Below are positions 7,855 through 17,899 of a DNA stretch of 64,000 nt, piece by piece. This DNA comes from a bacterium (GTDB lineage: Bacteria; UBA8248). The notes under the pieces were generated by a model. It was not told where the DNA came from. It was given only the letters and a program-made list of their open reading frames with translations, and made no database searches. The stretch lies in NCBI GenBank assembly GCA_965199855.1, contig OZ241326.1, positions 2,367,486-2,431,485 of the forward strand, read 5' to 3'. The position numbers and the translations under genes are program-made. Every line of letters starts with the position of its first letter. The first letter of the stretch is position 1.

Positions 7855-10407
7855 TCACATCATGCTTATCGGGTCCACGTCCACCGCCAGCTGAACGGAG
7901 GAAAACGCCGCCTGCGCGTCGAATTCGGCCGCCAGCGATTCGAGCGCCTCGCCCAGGCGCCTCGACGTCCTCGCCTTGAGAATCATGTGATGCCGCCATA
8001 CGCCGCGCGCCTTGGGAACCGACGCCGGCGCGGGACCCAGGCATTCGACCTCCTCCGCTCCGGCGGCGCGCTTTTTCAGAAAGGAGGCCGTCCACTCGGC
8101 CGACTGCGCGGCCAGCCGCCCGTTTTTCGACTCGAAACGAAGCCGCGCCAAGCGTCGATACGGCGGATAGCCCATCCGCTCCCTCGCCAGAGCCTCCCGC
8201 CGGTAGAAGCCCGCGTAATCGTGCGCGCGCGCGCACTGAATCGCAAAATGATCCGGCCGGAACGTCTGGATGATGACCTCGCCCGGCAAATCGGCGCGCC
8301 CCGCCCGGCCGGCCACCTGCGTCAGCAGCTGGAAGGTGCGCTCACTCGCCCTGAAATCCGGCAGATGAAGCCCCACGTCGGCCACGACGACGCCCACGAG
8401 CGTCAGCTTGGGGAAATCATGTCCCTTCGCCGCCATTTGCGTTCCGATGAGGATGTCAGCCTCCCCGCTTCGCATCGCCCCGAATATCCGCTCATGCGCC
8501 CCCGCACGGCGGGTCGCGTCGCTGTCGATTCGCAGCACGCGCGCGCCCGGAAACCGCGCCTTCGCCGCCTGCTCCACGCGCTCCGTTCCGACCCCGAAAT
8601 AGCCCACCCGCCCGCCGCCGCAGGAGGGACATTCACCGGGCGGACGCGCGCTGTAATCGCACCAGTGGCACTGCTCCCTTCCCCCGCCTTCCCGGTGAAA
8701 CGTGAGGGGAATGGCGCAATGAGGACACTGAAGCGCCTCGCCGCAGTCGCGGCACAGGATGGTCGAGGAAAATCCGCGCCGGTTCAGAAACAGCAGCGTC
8801 TGCTCGCCTCTCGCCAGGCGATCCCGGATGGCCTCGGACAAATCGGGCGTGAGGAGCTCGGGCGCCCCGGATCGCGCGCCGGCCTCCTTTCTCAAATCCA
8901 CCAGCCGCACCTTCGGCAGCGCGCCGCCCGTCGGCCGACCGGACAGTTCGCAAAGCCTGTAGCGCCCGCTTCTCGCGCTCGTATAGCTCTCGATGGAGGG
9001 CGTCGCCGAGCCCAGAACGACCGGAACGCCCAGATTCCTGGCGCGCACGATGGCGGTGTCCCGCGCGTGGTAGCGCGGCGATTCCTCCTGCTTGTAGGAG
9101 CCGTCGTGCTCCTCGTCCACCACAATCAGCCCCAGATTCGGAATCGGGGCGAAAACGGCGGACCGCGCGCCCACGACGATGGGCGCGTCTCCCTTTTTGA
9201 CGCGCCGCCACGCGGCGAGACGCTCCCTGTCTGAATATGCGCTGTGCAGGCAGACCGCCAGACGGCCGAAGCGCTCCTGGAACCGCCCCAGCAGCTGAGG
9301 AGTCAGGCCGATTTCCGGCGCCAGGATCAGCGCGCCCAGACCATTGTCGAGCGCCTCCTGCGCGAGCCGCATATACACTTCCGTCTTTCCGCTGCCCGTT
9401 ACGCCGTGAAAAAGGGTGACCGAAAAAATTTTCGCCCCCACGTCCCCCCTCACCGCCCGGAACGATCCCTCCTGCTCCTCCGTGAGAACGGGCAAAGCGG
9501 CGCCGCGCGCGACAGCGTCCGCCCCTCCAGACGTCCCGTTCGCCCCATCCGGCGCGAGGGCCTCCTCCACCTCGATCCATCCTTTTTTCTCCAGGGCCGC
9601 GCAGGCGGCGCGCGCGCCCCGCAAGCGGGCTTCCAGGTCTCGCAACGGCATCCGCCCGCCTTCCGTCCCGCCCAGAAGGCGCAAGACCTCCGCCTGCCGC
9701 TCCGCGCGATTCTCCAGGCGCCTCCACGCATCCCCCGAAGGCTTCCTGAGCAGACGCGCGCATCTGACCTTTCTCGGCCCGGCGCCGCCCACGGACTCGA
9801 CGCTCTTCTCCACCAGACCCGCATCGAGAAGACGCGCAAGCTCCGGGCGCGTTCCCCGTCCGAACGCCGCCGCGAGAGAGGGGAGGGTTCTCGGGCGTCC
9901 GCGAAGCCCCGCCAGAATTCGCGTCCTGAGATTCCCTTTCGCCTCCGGGGATGCGAGACCGGGCAGCCCCAGGCCGCCTTCCTCGAGGGCGGCTTCGCGC
10001 CGGCCGGCCGCGCTCAGCCGATAGCGTTCCACGGTCTTCTTCTCCCGGTGGGCCGGAAGAGCGAATTTGAGAGCTTCCCCCCAGCCGCAGCAGTAATACC
10101 GCGACACCCACCTGGTGAGCTTCAGAAGCTCCGGCGTGAGCAGAGGCTCCTCGTCGATCATCTCCAGAACGGGCCGGATGGAAGCGGGCGCGACGCCCGC
10201 GGGCGGCCGCTCGCTCGGCGCGCCGAGGACGTATCCCGTCAGCTTCCTCTTTCCCAGGGGAACCAGGACGCGCAGCCCGGGCGCGAGCCGCTCCGCGAAC
10301 TCCGGAGACGCGCGATAGGTGAGCGATTCGAGATGGGGCACGCTGAGGGCGACCTCGACGTAGCGGCTTCGCGGCTCGCCCGCCTCTTTTTTGAGGGCGT
10401 ATTTCAC
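7855..10407 (-). CDS. priA: primosomal protein N' (PriA replication-restart helicase)
   Basis: 850 aa with helicase motifs GVTGSGKTEVY and DEEHDGSYKQEESPRYHARD, plus a Cys-rich zinc-binding region. Confidence 0.85.
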   Translation of the reverse strand: MKYALKKEAGEPRSRYVEVALSVPHLESLTYRASPEFAERLAPGLRVLVPLGKRKLTGYVLGAPSERPPAGVAPASIRPVLEMIDEEPLLTPELLKLTRWVSRYYCCGWGEALKFALPAHREKKTVERYRLSAAGRREAALEEGGLGLPGLASPEAKGNLRTRILAGLRGRPRTLPSLAAAFGRGTRPELARLLDAGLVEKSVESVGGAGPRKVRCARLLRKPSGDAWRRLENRAERQAEVLRLLGGTEGGRMPLRDLEARLRGARAACAALEKKGWIEVEEALAPDGANGTSGGADAVARGAALPVLTEEQEGSFRAVRGDVGAKIFSVTLFHGVTGSGKTEVYMRLAQEALDNGLGALILAPEIGLTPQLLGRFQERFGRLAVCLHSAYSDRERLAAWRRVKKGDAPIVVGARSAVFAPIPNLGLIVVDEEHDGSYKQEESPRYHARDTAIVRARNLGVPVVLGSATPSIESYTSARSGRYRLCELSGRPTGGALPKVRLVDLRKEAGARSGAPELLTPDLSEAIRDRLARGEQTLLFLNRRGFSSTILCRDCGEALQCPHCAIPLTFHREGGGREQCHWCDYSARPPGECPSCGGGRVGYFGVGTERVEQAAKARFPGARVLRIDSDATRRAGAHERIFGAMRSGEADILIGTQMAAKGHDFPKLTLVGVVVADVGLHLPDFRASERTFQLLTQVAGRAGRADLPGEVIIQTFRPDHFAIQCARAHDYAGFYRREALARERMGYPPYRRLARLRFESKNGRLAAQSAEWTASFLKKRAAGAEEVECLGPAPASVPKARGVWRHHMILKARTSRRLGEALESLAAEFDAQAAFSSVQLAVDVDPISMM

Positions 10408-11372
10408 GGACGGGGCGTCCCGCCGCTCAGGATGACGTCCAGATGCGCCCGGGTGAGATTCCGCCCGCTCAGGATTCCGGCGACCCGCCTGCCCCGCAAG
10501 TCCATCTTCATGGCGGCCGCCGTCGCGGCGGCGCCCGCGCCCTCGGCGATGACGCGAGCCTCCGAGACGAGCAGGCGTATGGCCTCGCAGAGCTCCTCCT
10601 CGCTCACCAGGACGACTTCGTCCACATATCGCCGGAGCATCGAAAAGGTCAGTTCAAAGGGCGTTCTCGTGGCGAGGCCATCCGCGAAGGTGTTCGCCGC
10701 AGGCTCGGAGAGCATCTCGCCCGCGTGAAAACTCCGGAACACGGCGGGCGCGTTCGCCGCCTGAACGCCCACGACGCGAATGCCGGGGTTCACGCTCTTG
10801 GCGACGAGGCCGGCGCCGCACGCCCCGCTCCCTCCGCCCAGGGGAACGATGATGACTTCGATCTCCGGTTCGGTCTCCAAAATTTCCAGGGTCTGGGTCG
10901 CCACGCCCGCGATGAGATGCGGCTCGTTGGCCGAGTGCACGTAGCGCATACCCCGTTCGCCGCATTGCGCCTCGCACCACTCCCTCGCCTCGTCGAAATC
11001 CTTCCCGACGAAGGCGACTTCCGCCCCCAGTCTCCTGATGGACGATATTTTATCCGGATTCGCCCCGCGCGGCGCGGCTATCAGCGCCTTGACCCCGAAA
11101 ATTCTCGCGGCGTAGGCGATGGATTGGCCGTGGTTGCCGGTCGAGGCCGTGATGAGGCCCGCTCTTTTCTCCTTCGGCGAAAGTCGTGAGACGAGATTCA
11201 AGCCGCCTCGGACCTTGAACGCGCCGATGGGCTGCATGGACTCGAATTTCACGAAATACCGGCACCCCAAACGCTCCGACAGCGCCTCCACCTCGTGAAA
11301 GGGAGTGGGGCGCAGGTAGGGGGCGATGCGCTTTCGCGCCTGCAAGACGTCCTCGAACGTGGGCGCGCTCAT
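10404..11372 (-). CDS. PLP-dependent threonine/serine dehydratase (IlvA/TdcB-like, no regulatory domain)
   Basis: FKVRGGLN around the PLP lysine; glycine-rich GGGSGACGAG loop; 322 aa. Confidence 0.8.
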   Translation of the reverse strand: MSAPTFEDVLQARKRIAPYLRPTPFHEVEALSERLGCRYFVKFESMQPIGAFKVRGGLNLVSRLSPKEKRAGLITASTGNHGQSIAYAARIFGVKALIAAPRGANPDKISSIRRLGAEVAFVGKDFDEAREWCEAQCGERGMRYVHSANEPHLIAGVATQTLEILETEPEIEVIIVPLGGGSGACGAGLVAKSVNPGIRVVGVQAANAPAVFRSFHAGEMLSEPAANTFADGLATRTPFELTFSMLRRYVDEVVLVSEEELCEAIRLLVSEARVIAEGAGAAATAAAMKMDLRGRRVAGILSGRNLTRAHLDVILSGGTPRP

Positions 11373-11483
11373 GGAGCCTCCCGGCGGCGGGCGTATCTCC
11401 GTATCCTTATAGCAAAACTTATCGCAAAATAGGCGGCGCGGGGAGCGGCCGTCTCTGATTGGCGCTCGCCGGAAGCGGGAATG

Positions 11484-11512
11484 TTGACCCGTCTTCGCGC
11501 ACGGACTAGAAT
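11484..11512 (+). promoter_or_regulatory. sigma70-like promoter (TTGACC, 17-nt spacer, TAGAAT) upstream of 11558..11887
   Basis: ttgacc at 11484-11489, a 17-nt spacer, tagaat at 11507-11512, about 45 nt upstream of the ATG. Seen in the sequence only. Confidence 0.35.
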
Positions 11513-11557
11513 GTCCTCGCGCATGAGGCCATCACGCTGCCGTGGAGGGTTGTCGCC

Positions 11558-11887
11558 ATGAAAAGCGCCCTGGAAATCGCGATGGAGAAGACTTCCGCCA
11601 TCGGGGAGGAAGCGCGTCGGGAGCTGGAAAAACTCACCCCCGGGCAAAAAAGCAGAATCGAGGAAATCAAAAAGCGCTACGAGGGAAAAATCGCCGAAAA
11701 AGACGTTCTCCACCAGCAGGAACTGTCGAAAATGACGGGGGGCGCGCCCATTGAAGCCGTAGAAGCGCAACTGGAGTCCGAGGCCAAAGAGGCGCTCGCC
11801 GCGTTTCGCCGGAAATTCAGGGAAGACCGCGACGCGCTGGAAGCGGAGCGCGACGCGGAGATAGAAGCCATCCGAAAAGAAGGCTGA
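11558..11887 (+). CDS. hypothetical charged/coiled-coil protein (109 aa)
   Basis: Good RBS (ggaggg); balanced composition; the long minus-strand ORF opposite it is compositionally implausible. Confidence 0.5.
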   Translation: MKSALEIAMEKTSAIGEEARRELEKLTPGQKSRIEEIKKRYEGKIAEKDVLHQQELSKMTGGAPIEAVEAQLESEAKEALAAFRRKFREDRDALEAERDAEIEAIRKEG

Positions 11888-12003
11888 GCGGGCGATGCGG
11901 AGCGCGCGCGCGGGCCGGGAAGCCTGCGGGAGCGCGGACGGCGCCCTCGCCGGTCGGATCATCAAACGCATGAACTTCGGGAAAGCGAACCGGGAGACGC
12001 CGG

Positions 12004-12414
12004 ATGCCTCGCTCCGTTAGGATATTCGAGAGAACCTGGCTGTGCGCCTGGCTCATCGGAATCGTCGTCGCCACGATCGTCCATCCCGGCATGGTCAGCG
12101 CGGCATCCGGCATTTTTGGCGATCTGGCGCGGCTGTTCGTCGTTTTTTTCCAGATCTTCACCTTGGGCTTCACCCTGCTGTTCGTTCTCCTCGCCTCCAG
12201 AAAACGGAACAGGATCGCCATGCGGACCTTGATCGCCTTCTTCGGGGTGGGGCTCGTTTTCTACATCCCGCAGCTCTTCGTCATTTCCGAGGCCGGGATG
12301 CTGGGGGTACTCTCGTCCGTCCAGCTGCTGATGCAGTGCGTGGGCGTCTATTTCCTGCTAACCGAGGAGAGCCGCGACTGGTTCAACGGGACGGATCTCT
12401 ATCCGGCGAACTGA
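12004..12414 (+). CDS. hypothetical integral membrane protein (136 aa, about 4 TM)
   Basis: Hydrophobic segments WLCAWLIGIVVATIV, LFVVFFQIFTLGFTLLFVLL and LIAFFGVGLVFYIP. Confidence 0.5.
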   Translation: MPRSVRIFERTWLCAWLIGIVVATIVHPGMVSAASGIFGDLARLFVVFFQIFTLGFTLLFVLLASRKRNRIAMRTLIAFFGVGLVFYIPQLFVISEAGMLGVLSSVQLLMQCVGVYFLLTEESRDWFNGTDLYPAN

Positions 12415-12474
12415 AAGCGCGAAGCCTCTCCGTTGAATCTCCTTAACCTTCGGCCCCGCCGCGCGCGCGGACCG

Positions 12475-13248
12475 CTAGATGTTCGAGCGGCTTTGCGAGC
12501 CGTCCACGCTCCAGCAGGCCCCATGCACCAGACTCGCCCTCGGACTCACCATGAAGACGGCCACGGCGGAGAGCTCCTCCACTCGCCCGAACCTGCCCAG
12601 GGGCATTTCCGAATCCATAAAGCCCTTCAGACCGTCGGGCGCCTCGTCCATCCGTCGCTCCCAGACCCCTCCCGGAAAGAGGATGCTGCCGGGCGCAATC
12701 GAATTCACGCGAATGTTGTCCTCCGCCGTCTGCTGGGCGAGGCCCTTGGAGAAGCTGATGAGCGCGGCCTTGGAGGCGTTGTAGGTTATCGCGCCCCTCG
12801 ATTCGCGGCCATAGATGGAGGCGACATTCAGGATGGCGCCGCCGCCCCTTTTCTTCATCTCCGGCACCGCGAGGCGCGAGAGCGTCACCGCGTGATACAG
12901 GTTGAACTCGAAGCCCTCGCGCCATTCCGCGTCCGTGATGTCGAGAAACGCCTTGGGGCTACTGCCCCCGACGTTGTTCACCAGAATATCGACGCCGCCG
13001 AACGCATCAAGCGCCCTTTGCAAGAAAACCTCGGGGACGCCCTCCCGCGTCACATCGCCGACGAAGCCCGCCGCGCGGCCGCCGTCCAGCGCGTTCAACT
13101 CGGCAAGCGCCTCGTTCAGGCGCTCCTCCCCCCGCGCGCTGATCGCCACGTGGCAACCCTCGCCGACCAAGTCCCTGGCGATGTGAAAGCCGATGCCCCG
13201 GCTGGCGCCCGAGATCATCGCCACCTTGTCGGCGAGCATCAAATCCAT
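12475..13248 (-). CDS. SDR-family oxidoreductase (3-oxoacyl-ACP reductase-like)
   Basis: GASRGIG cofactor motif, NNVG, and YNASKAA catalytic Y-x3-K. Confidence 0.85.
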   Translation of the reverse strand: MDLMLADKVAMISGASRGIGFHIARDLVGEGCHVAISARGEERLNEALAELNALDGGRAAGFVGDVTREGVPEVFLQRALDAFGGVDILVNNVGGSSPKAFLDITDAEWREGFEFNLYHAVTLSRLAVPEMKKRGGGAILNVASIYGRESRGAITYNASKAALISFSKGLAQQTAEDNIRVNSIAPGSILFPGGVWERRMDEAPDGLKGFMDSEMPLGRFGRVEELSAVAVFMVSPRASLVHGACWSVDGSQSRSNI

Positions 13249-13307
13249 CGCTTCTCCTCCCGAGCGGAGAGGCCGAAAGCGCGCCCCTCCGCATCGCCCG
13301 ACCGCCG

Positions 13308-14492
13308 CTAGACGGGTTCGTCGAGCGTCTGGGCGGCGCGCAGCAGCGTCATCGAGTCCGTTCCGTCGCCGTGCAGGAAGGTGAGGAGGTCGCGCATCAT
13401 CTTCTCCGTCGGCGTCTCCTTCATGATGCCGATGCCGCCGAGAATGTCCGTGGCGAAGCGAATCGTCCTGAGCGCCACCTGATCGCTGAATACCTTCCCG
13501 TAGCGCGTGAAGCGCGTGTTGAAGCTCTCATCGTTCTCCACGCCCCAGCAAATGCGCCACATGAACTGCTCGGCCACCTCGATGTTCATCAGCATCTCGG
13601 CGAGCTGGTGCTGCATCACCTGATGCTCGATGATGGGCTTGCCGCCCTGGACGCGCTCCTTCGCGTGCTGGAGGCAGAAATCGTAAATCCCCCGGGCGAT
13701 GCCCGTGTTGCAGGCGGGAAGCTCCGCGCTGCCGCGAAACACCGTGGCGAAGGTGTGAAAGCCCCTGTTGACCTCGCCCAGGACGTCGTCCTTGTGCACG
13801 CGGACGTTGTCGTAGTAGCTCTCCGCGTTGGGATAGAGACGATAGCCGAGCTTGTCGTGCACGTTGCCGTAGGTTACGCCCTCCTGATCCCCGCGCACGA
13901 GAAAGCACGTGGTGCCCTCGTGCACCGGCGCGTCGGGGTTCGTCCGCGCGAATACCAGCAAAATCTTCGCCCAGCTCGTCAGCGAGGTGAACCGCTTCGC
14001 CCCGTTGATGACGTAGTAGTCGCCGTCCTCCACCGCCGAGGTCTTGAGGCCCAGTTTGGGGTCGGGCTGGCGGTAGAGATTGTCCGCGCCGTAGTCCGGC
14101 TCCGTCATCACGAAGGAGCCCACGCAGTCGTGATCCTCCACGAACATCCTGCCCCACTTCTCGAGCTGCGCCTCCGTCCCGCACTTGAAGAGCGCGTTCG
14201 ACATCTTCCAGCACTGGCTCAGGCACTTGATGACGCCGATCTCTATCTGCGCTCCCGTCCAGAGGCACAGAGCCTTCGTCGTAGTGTCGGCGCCGATGCC
14301 GCCATGCTCCTCCGGCACCGCCATGGTGCGCAGGCCGAGCTTCGACGCCTTGTTGAGAAGCTCGCCCGGGTAGCAGTCCTTCGGGTCAGGCCGCCTGTCC
14401 ATCTCCGCGGCGACGGGCGCCACCTCGCGCTCCATGAAGTCGCGGGTGAGATCGGCCAGCGCCAGCTGCTCTTCAGTGAATGGGTATTGCAT
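13308..14492 (-). CDS. acyl-CoA dehydrogenase family protein
   Basis: 394 aa; FTEEQ start and acyl-CoA dehydrogenase fold motifs (YVINGAKRFTS..., C-terminal ...ILGGIGIMKE). Confidence 0.8.
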   Translation of the reverse strand: MQYPFTEEQLALADLTRDFMEREVAPVAAEMDRRPDPKDCYPGELLNKASKLGLRTMAVPEEHGGIGADTTTKALCLWTGAQIEIGVIKCLSQCWKMSNALFKCGTEAQLEKWGRMFVEDHDCVGSFVMTEPDYGADNLYRQPDPKLGLKTSAVEDGDYYVINGAKRFTSLTSWAKILLVFARTNPDAPVHEGTTCFLVRGDQEGVTYGNVHDKLGYRLYPNAESYYDNVRVHKDDVLGEVNRGFHTFATVFRGSAELPACNTGIARGIYDFCLQHAKERVQGGKPIIEHQVMQHQLAEMLMNIEVAEQFMWRICWGVENDESFNTRFTRYGKVFSDQVALRTIRFATDILGGIGIMKETPTEKMMRDLLTFLHGDGTDSMTLLRAAQTLDEPV

Positions 14493-14677
14493 GGCTCCCC
14501 CCGAATCGGTGGACGAAAATCCCGCGCCTCAGGCCGCCGCGCCGCTTCTGGTTATCCTCTCGGCCGCATGGTGTCAACGCCCATCCGCCCGCGCGCGGCG
14601 AAAGCGGCGGGCGCCGCGGCCGCCTCCCCAGGCGGGCGATTCGGGCCGCGCGCCCTCCTCCGGGGCTTCGCGAGCCA

Positions 14678-15367
14678 TCACGCTCGGGGATAGGGGAGCG
14701 GGTCCCGTTCGCCGATTTCCTCGAAGCCCCTTCGCCTCAGGACGCAGGCGTCGCACGCGCCGCAGGGCCGCCCGACGCCCAACGGGTCGTAGCAGGTGTG
14801 GGTGAGGGAAAAATCCACTCCCAGCTCCAGCCCCCTGCGCGCGATGTCGGATTTTCGCATCGCGCTCAGGGGCGCGTGAATCGCAAGCGGCGCGCCGCCC
14901 GCCCCCGCCTTCGTGGCCAGACGCGCCATGCGCGCGTAGGCTTCGATGTATTCGGGGCGGCAGTCGGGATAGCCCGAATAATCGAGCGCGTTCACCCCGA
15001 TGAAAATGTCGCGCGCGTCCTTCACCTCGGCCAAGGCGAGGGCGTAGCTCAGAAAAATGGTGTTCCGCGCGGGCACGTAGGTGACGGGCACGCCCTCCCC
15101 GATGTCCTCGCGCTCCTTGGGAACCTCGATGTCGTCGGTGAGCGCGCTCCCGCCGATGGCGCGCATGTCGATGGGCAGCACGGCGTGGCCGGCCGCGCCG
15201 ACCTGCTCCGCCACGCTCTTCGCGGCCAGAAGCTCGCACCGGTGCCTCTGCCCGTAGTCGAAGCTCAGCGCCTCGCAGAAGAATCCCTCCTGGTTCGCGA
15301 TCGCCAGGGCGACGGCCGAATCCATGCCGCCGCTCAGGAGGACGACCGCCGCTCTTTTCCCGTTCAC
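14678..15367 (-). CDS. queC: 7-cyano-7-deazaguanine synthase QueC
   Basis: [10 protein letters not shown]-loop, YVPARNTIF, and C-terminal zinc cysteines [10 protein letters not shown]. Confidence 0.85.
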   Translation of the reverse strand: MNGKRAAVVLLSGGMDSAVALAIANQEGFFCEALSFDYGQRHRCELLAAKSVAEQVGAAGHAVLPIDMRAIGGSALTDDIEVPKEREDIGEGVPVTYVPARNTIFLSYALALAEVKDARDIFIGVNALDYSGYPDCRPEYIEAYARMARLATKAGAGGAPLAIHAPLSAMRKSDIARRGLELGVDFSLTHTCYDPLGVGRPCGACDACVLRRRGFEEIGERDPLPYPRA

Positions 15368-15543
15368 GCCCGGAATTCCTCCCCCGCCCCCGGTCCGGCG
15401 GAATGAACCACCCTCCCCGGGAAGTCGCTTTCAACATGCCGCCGTATCCATAGCGCGGCGTTCATATTAAAGTATGGAGGCGGCGCGCGGCAAAGAGACT
15501 CCACGAGAAGGCGCGAATCCACCGCCCGAGAAGGAGAACCCCC

Positions 15544-15945
15544 ATGACGCGGGACGAGGCGCTGGCCTTTTTGAGCGAACAGCATCACGGCGTCCTGAGC
15601 ACCCTGCTCAAGGACGGCAGGCCGCACCCCACGCCCATCGCGTTCGCCTACCGGGAAGGAGTCGCGGAATTCTCCATGACCTGGGATCGCGTGAAGGCAA
15701 GAAACCTCCAGCGCGACCCGAGGGCGACTCTTTGCGTCCTCCCCGAGAGTAGTTTTTACCCCTATCTTTGCGCGGAAGGAGAAGCCGCGCTCATTGAGGA
15801 TCCTGACGGACTCGGGAACCTCGGCCTCTACCGGCGCATCACCGGAAAGGAGCCTGACGATCGCGACGAATATCTCCGGGCGATGAAGGATGAGAAGCGG
15901 CTCGTGGCGCGGCTTCGCGTCACGCGCGTGTATCCGCTCGATTGA
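15544..15945 (+). CDS. PPOX-class (pyridoxamine 5'-phosphate oxidase-like) FMN/F420-binding protein
   Basis: 133 aa; HGVLSTLLKDGRPHPTPIAF is typical of the split-barrel PPOX class. Confidence 0.65.
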   Translation: MTRDEALAFLSEQHHGVLSTLLKDGRPHPTPIAFAYREGVAEFSMTWDRVKARNLQRDPRATLCVLPESSFYPYLCAEGEAALIEDPDGLGNLGLYRRITGKEPDDRDEYLRAMKDEKRLVARLRVTRVYPLD

Positions 15946-16129
15946 GGCGCGCTGCAAGACGGCGCGCCCGGGATAGACGGAGAGCGAAGCCCATGCGCGC
16001 GTCGCCGGCGCCTGCCCGCCCTTCACCGCGCTTTTCAGGCGACAAGGCGACGCAGGGCGCGGCCAAGGCGAGCGATCTCCGCTTCGTGCTATGTTCGGGG
16101 AAATCCATCGAACGGAGGAGGATGCTTCC

Positions 16130-16447
16130 ATGGCGGTCACCGCAATCGTTCGCTTCACGCTTCCCGAAGGCAGAACCCGCGAGGAGACGGCCGCGGCCTT
16201 CGAGAAATCCGCGCCTCTCTACAGGGACGTTCAGGGGCTGGTGCGCAAATACTATCTCGTGTCCGAGGACGCGCGCACCGGCGGCGGGGTGTATCTCTTT
16301 GAATCGCGCGCGGACGCCGAGCGGCTCTACGACGACGCCTGGCGCGCCGGGCTGCGCGAGCGTCTGGGCGTCGAGGCGAGCGTGGAATACTTCGACTCGC
16401 CCGTCATCGTGGACAACGAAGCGGGAGCGATCTCCACCGCGTCCTGA
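16130..16447 (+). CDS. YdhR-like putative monooxygenase (dimeric alpha+beta barrel)
   Basis: MAVTAIVRFTLPEG...GGVYLFESRADAERLYDD resembles the YdhR family. RBS ggagga precedes the ATG at 16130. Confidence 0.55.
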   Translation: MAVTAIVRFTLPEGRTREETAAAFEKSAPLYRDVQGLVRKYYLVSEDARTGGGVYLFESRADAERLYDDAWRAGLRERLGVEASVEYFDSPVIVDNEAGAISTAS

Positions 16448-16553
16448 AAGAGACCGCCCGCGCCGCAAGCATCGGCGGCGCTCGTCGATTCCATGAAAAT
16501 GGGCGGGACTGCGAAAAAATCAGAAAACGGCTGACTTTCCCCACAAAACAATC

Positions 16554-17246
16554 TTACTCCTGGCCCGCCGCCGCTCTCGACAGAATCTCCCGAAAGCCCT
16601 CATACACCGCTTCGCCGAAGGCGGGCGGAGGGCGGACTTCCGTCAGTTTTCCGCCCTCTATCGTCTTCTCGGATGCGTATGGGTTATGAACGGCCTCCCC
16701 GTTCGGGAGGATCAGGGTAGGGCTGGTCATCGGCAGGCCCTCCTCGTCCCGCAGACGCATGGCTTCCCGGCAGTCGTCCATCACGCCTTCCTCGTATGCG
16801 CCCGATTCCAGGTCCGCACGCACCCTGTCGGCGTCGAGGCCTGCCTCCCCGGCGATTTCGCAAAGAACCGACTGCTCATCCACCCGCCTGCCCTCGAAGA
16901 AAAAGCCGCGCCGTATAGCGAGGTCGAACGCGCGCGCCTTTTCCGGATCTTGCGTCCAGGCGCTCGCGCAGGCCTGAAAAGCGGGAATCGTGCTTCTCAC
17001 ATATTCGTCATGCGGCCAGCTTCTGCACGGGGCGAGCGGCTCCTGCACCGCCACCAGAGGCCACTCCTGATCCACGATGTGGCGAGGCGCCGGGCGGTCG
17101 TTGATGATTTCGAGGGGAAACGCGCGCCATTTGAGGCGCAGCTTCTCCCGGAAGGCGGGCATCACCCTGTCCAGCCGCGCCGCGGCCATATATGCCCAGG
17201 GTCAATGGTATTCGTGAAAAATTTCGACAACCGCCGGATTCGCCAT
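16554..17246 (-). CDS. DsbA/FrnE-like thioredoxin-fold selenoprotein (UPWA active site), 230 aa including Sec
   Basis: Minus-strand ATG at 17246-17244, with RBS GGAGG 7 nt upstream. It gives MANPAVVEIFHEYH-TGA(17204-17202)-PWAYMAAARLDRV..., in frame with track ORF 16554..17189. The TGA is at the first Cys of the DsbA-family CPWC motif, and the second position is Ala. Phase was verified base by base. Confidence 0.65.
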
Positions 17247-17385
17247 ACCGCCTCCTCGCTGAGAACTTAAAAGTAACTCTTTCATCCTGACGCCCCGACG
17301 CCCCGCGCGCAACCCGCCGGGGATTCAGGCGCGCGGCCGCGGCTTCTTCCGCCGCCTTGATGCGCTCGCCGAAACGTGTGATACG

Positions 17386-17829
17386 ATGAAGGATATTCGA
17401 GGAGACGCCCGCATGAACCCCGACAGCCGGGCCATCGCCGACATTCTTTCAGCCGCCGGGACGATAGCCGTGGTCGGCCTCTCGGCCGATCCTTCCCGGA
17501 CGAGCCACCGAATCGCCGCCTATCTCCAAGAGGCGGGCTACCGCGTCATTCCCGTGAACCCCAACGTCGAGCGCGTCCTCGGGGAAAAGGCGCATTCTCG
17601 CCTCGGCGAGATCGAGGAGCGCGTCGATATCGTCAACGTGTTCAGACGCTCCGGGGAAATTCCGGCCCTGGCGGACGAGGCGCTGAAAAAGCGCCCGCGC
17701 GCGTTCTGGATGCAAAAGGGCGTCTCGCATCCTGCGGCCGCGCGCCGCCTCGAGGTGGCGGGAATCGCCTCGATTCAGGACCTCTGCATCAAGGTCGCCC
17801 ACCGCGGCCTCGCCCCCACCCCTCTATGA
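17386..17829 (+). CDS. CoA-binding domain protein (YccU-like)
   Basis: IAVVGLSADPSRTSHRIAAYLQEAGYRVIPVNP. Confidence 0.75.
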   Translation: MKDIRGDARMNPDSRAIADILSAAGTIAVVGLSADPSRTSHRIAAYLQEAGYRVIPVNPNVERVLGEKAHSRLGEIEERVDIVNVFRRSGEIPALADEALKKRPRAFWMQKGVSHPAAARRLEVAGIASIQDLCIKVAHRGLAPTPL

Positions 17830-17899
17830 GAGCGGGCCGCTGCGATTCTCCCGAAAATTTCATCGCTACGCGCTCCTGGCGCTCGCCGCGCTGACGGCG

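Noticed and set aside
8633-10728. Long ORFs 8633..10111(-), 9244..10728(+) and 7987..9234(+)
   Set aside because: They overlap priA, which has diagnostic helicase motifs, and have extremely biased Arg/Gly/Pro composition.
15364-16158. 264-aa minus-strand ORF
   Set aside because: It overlaps the PPOX-class gene on the plus strand and has no motifs.
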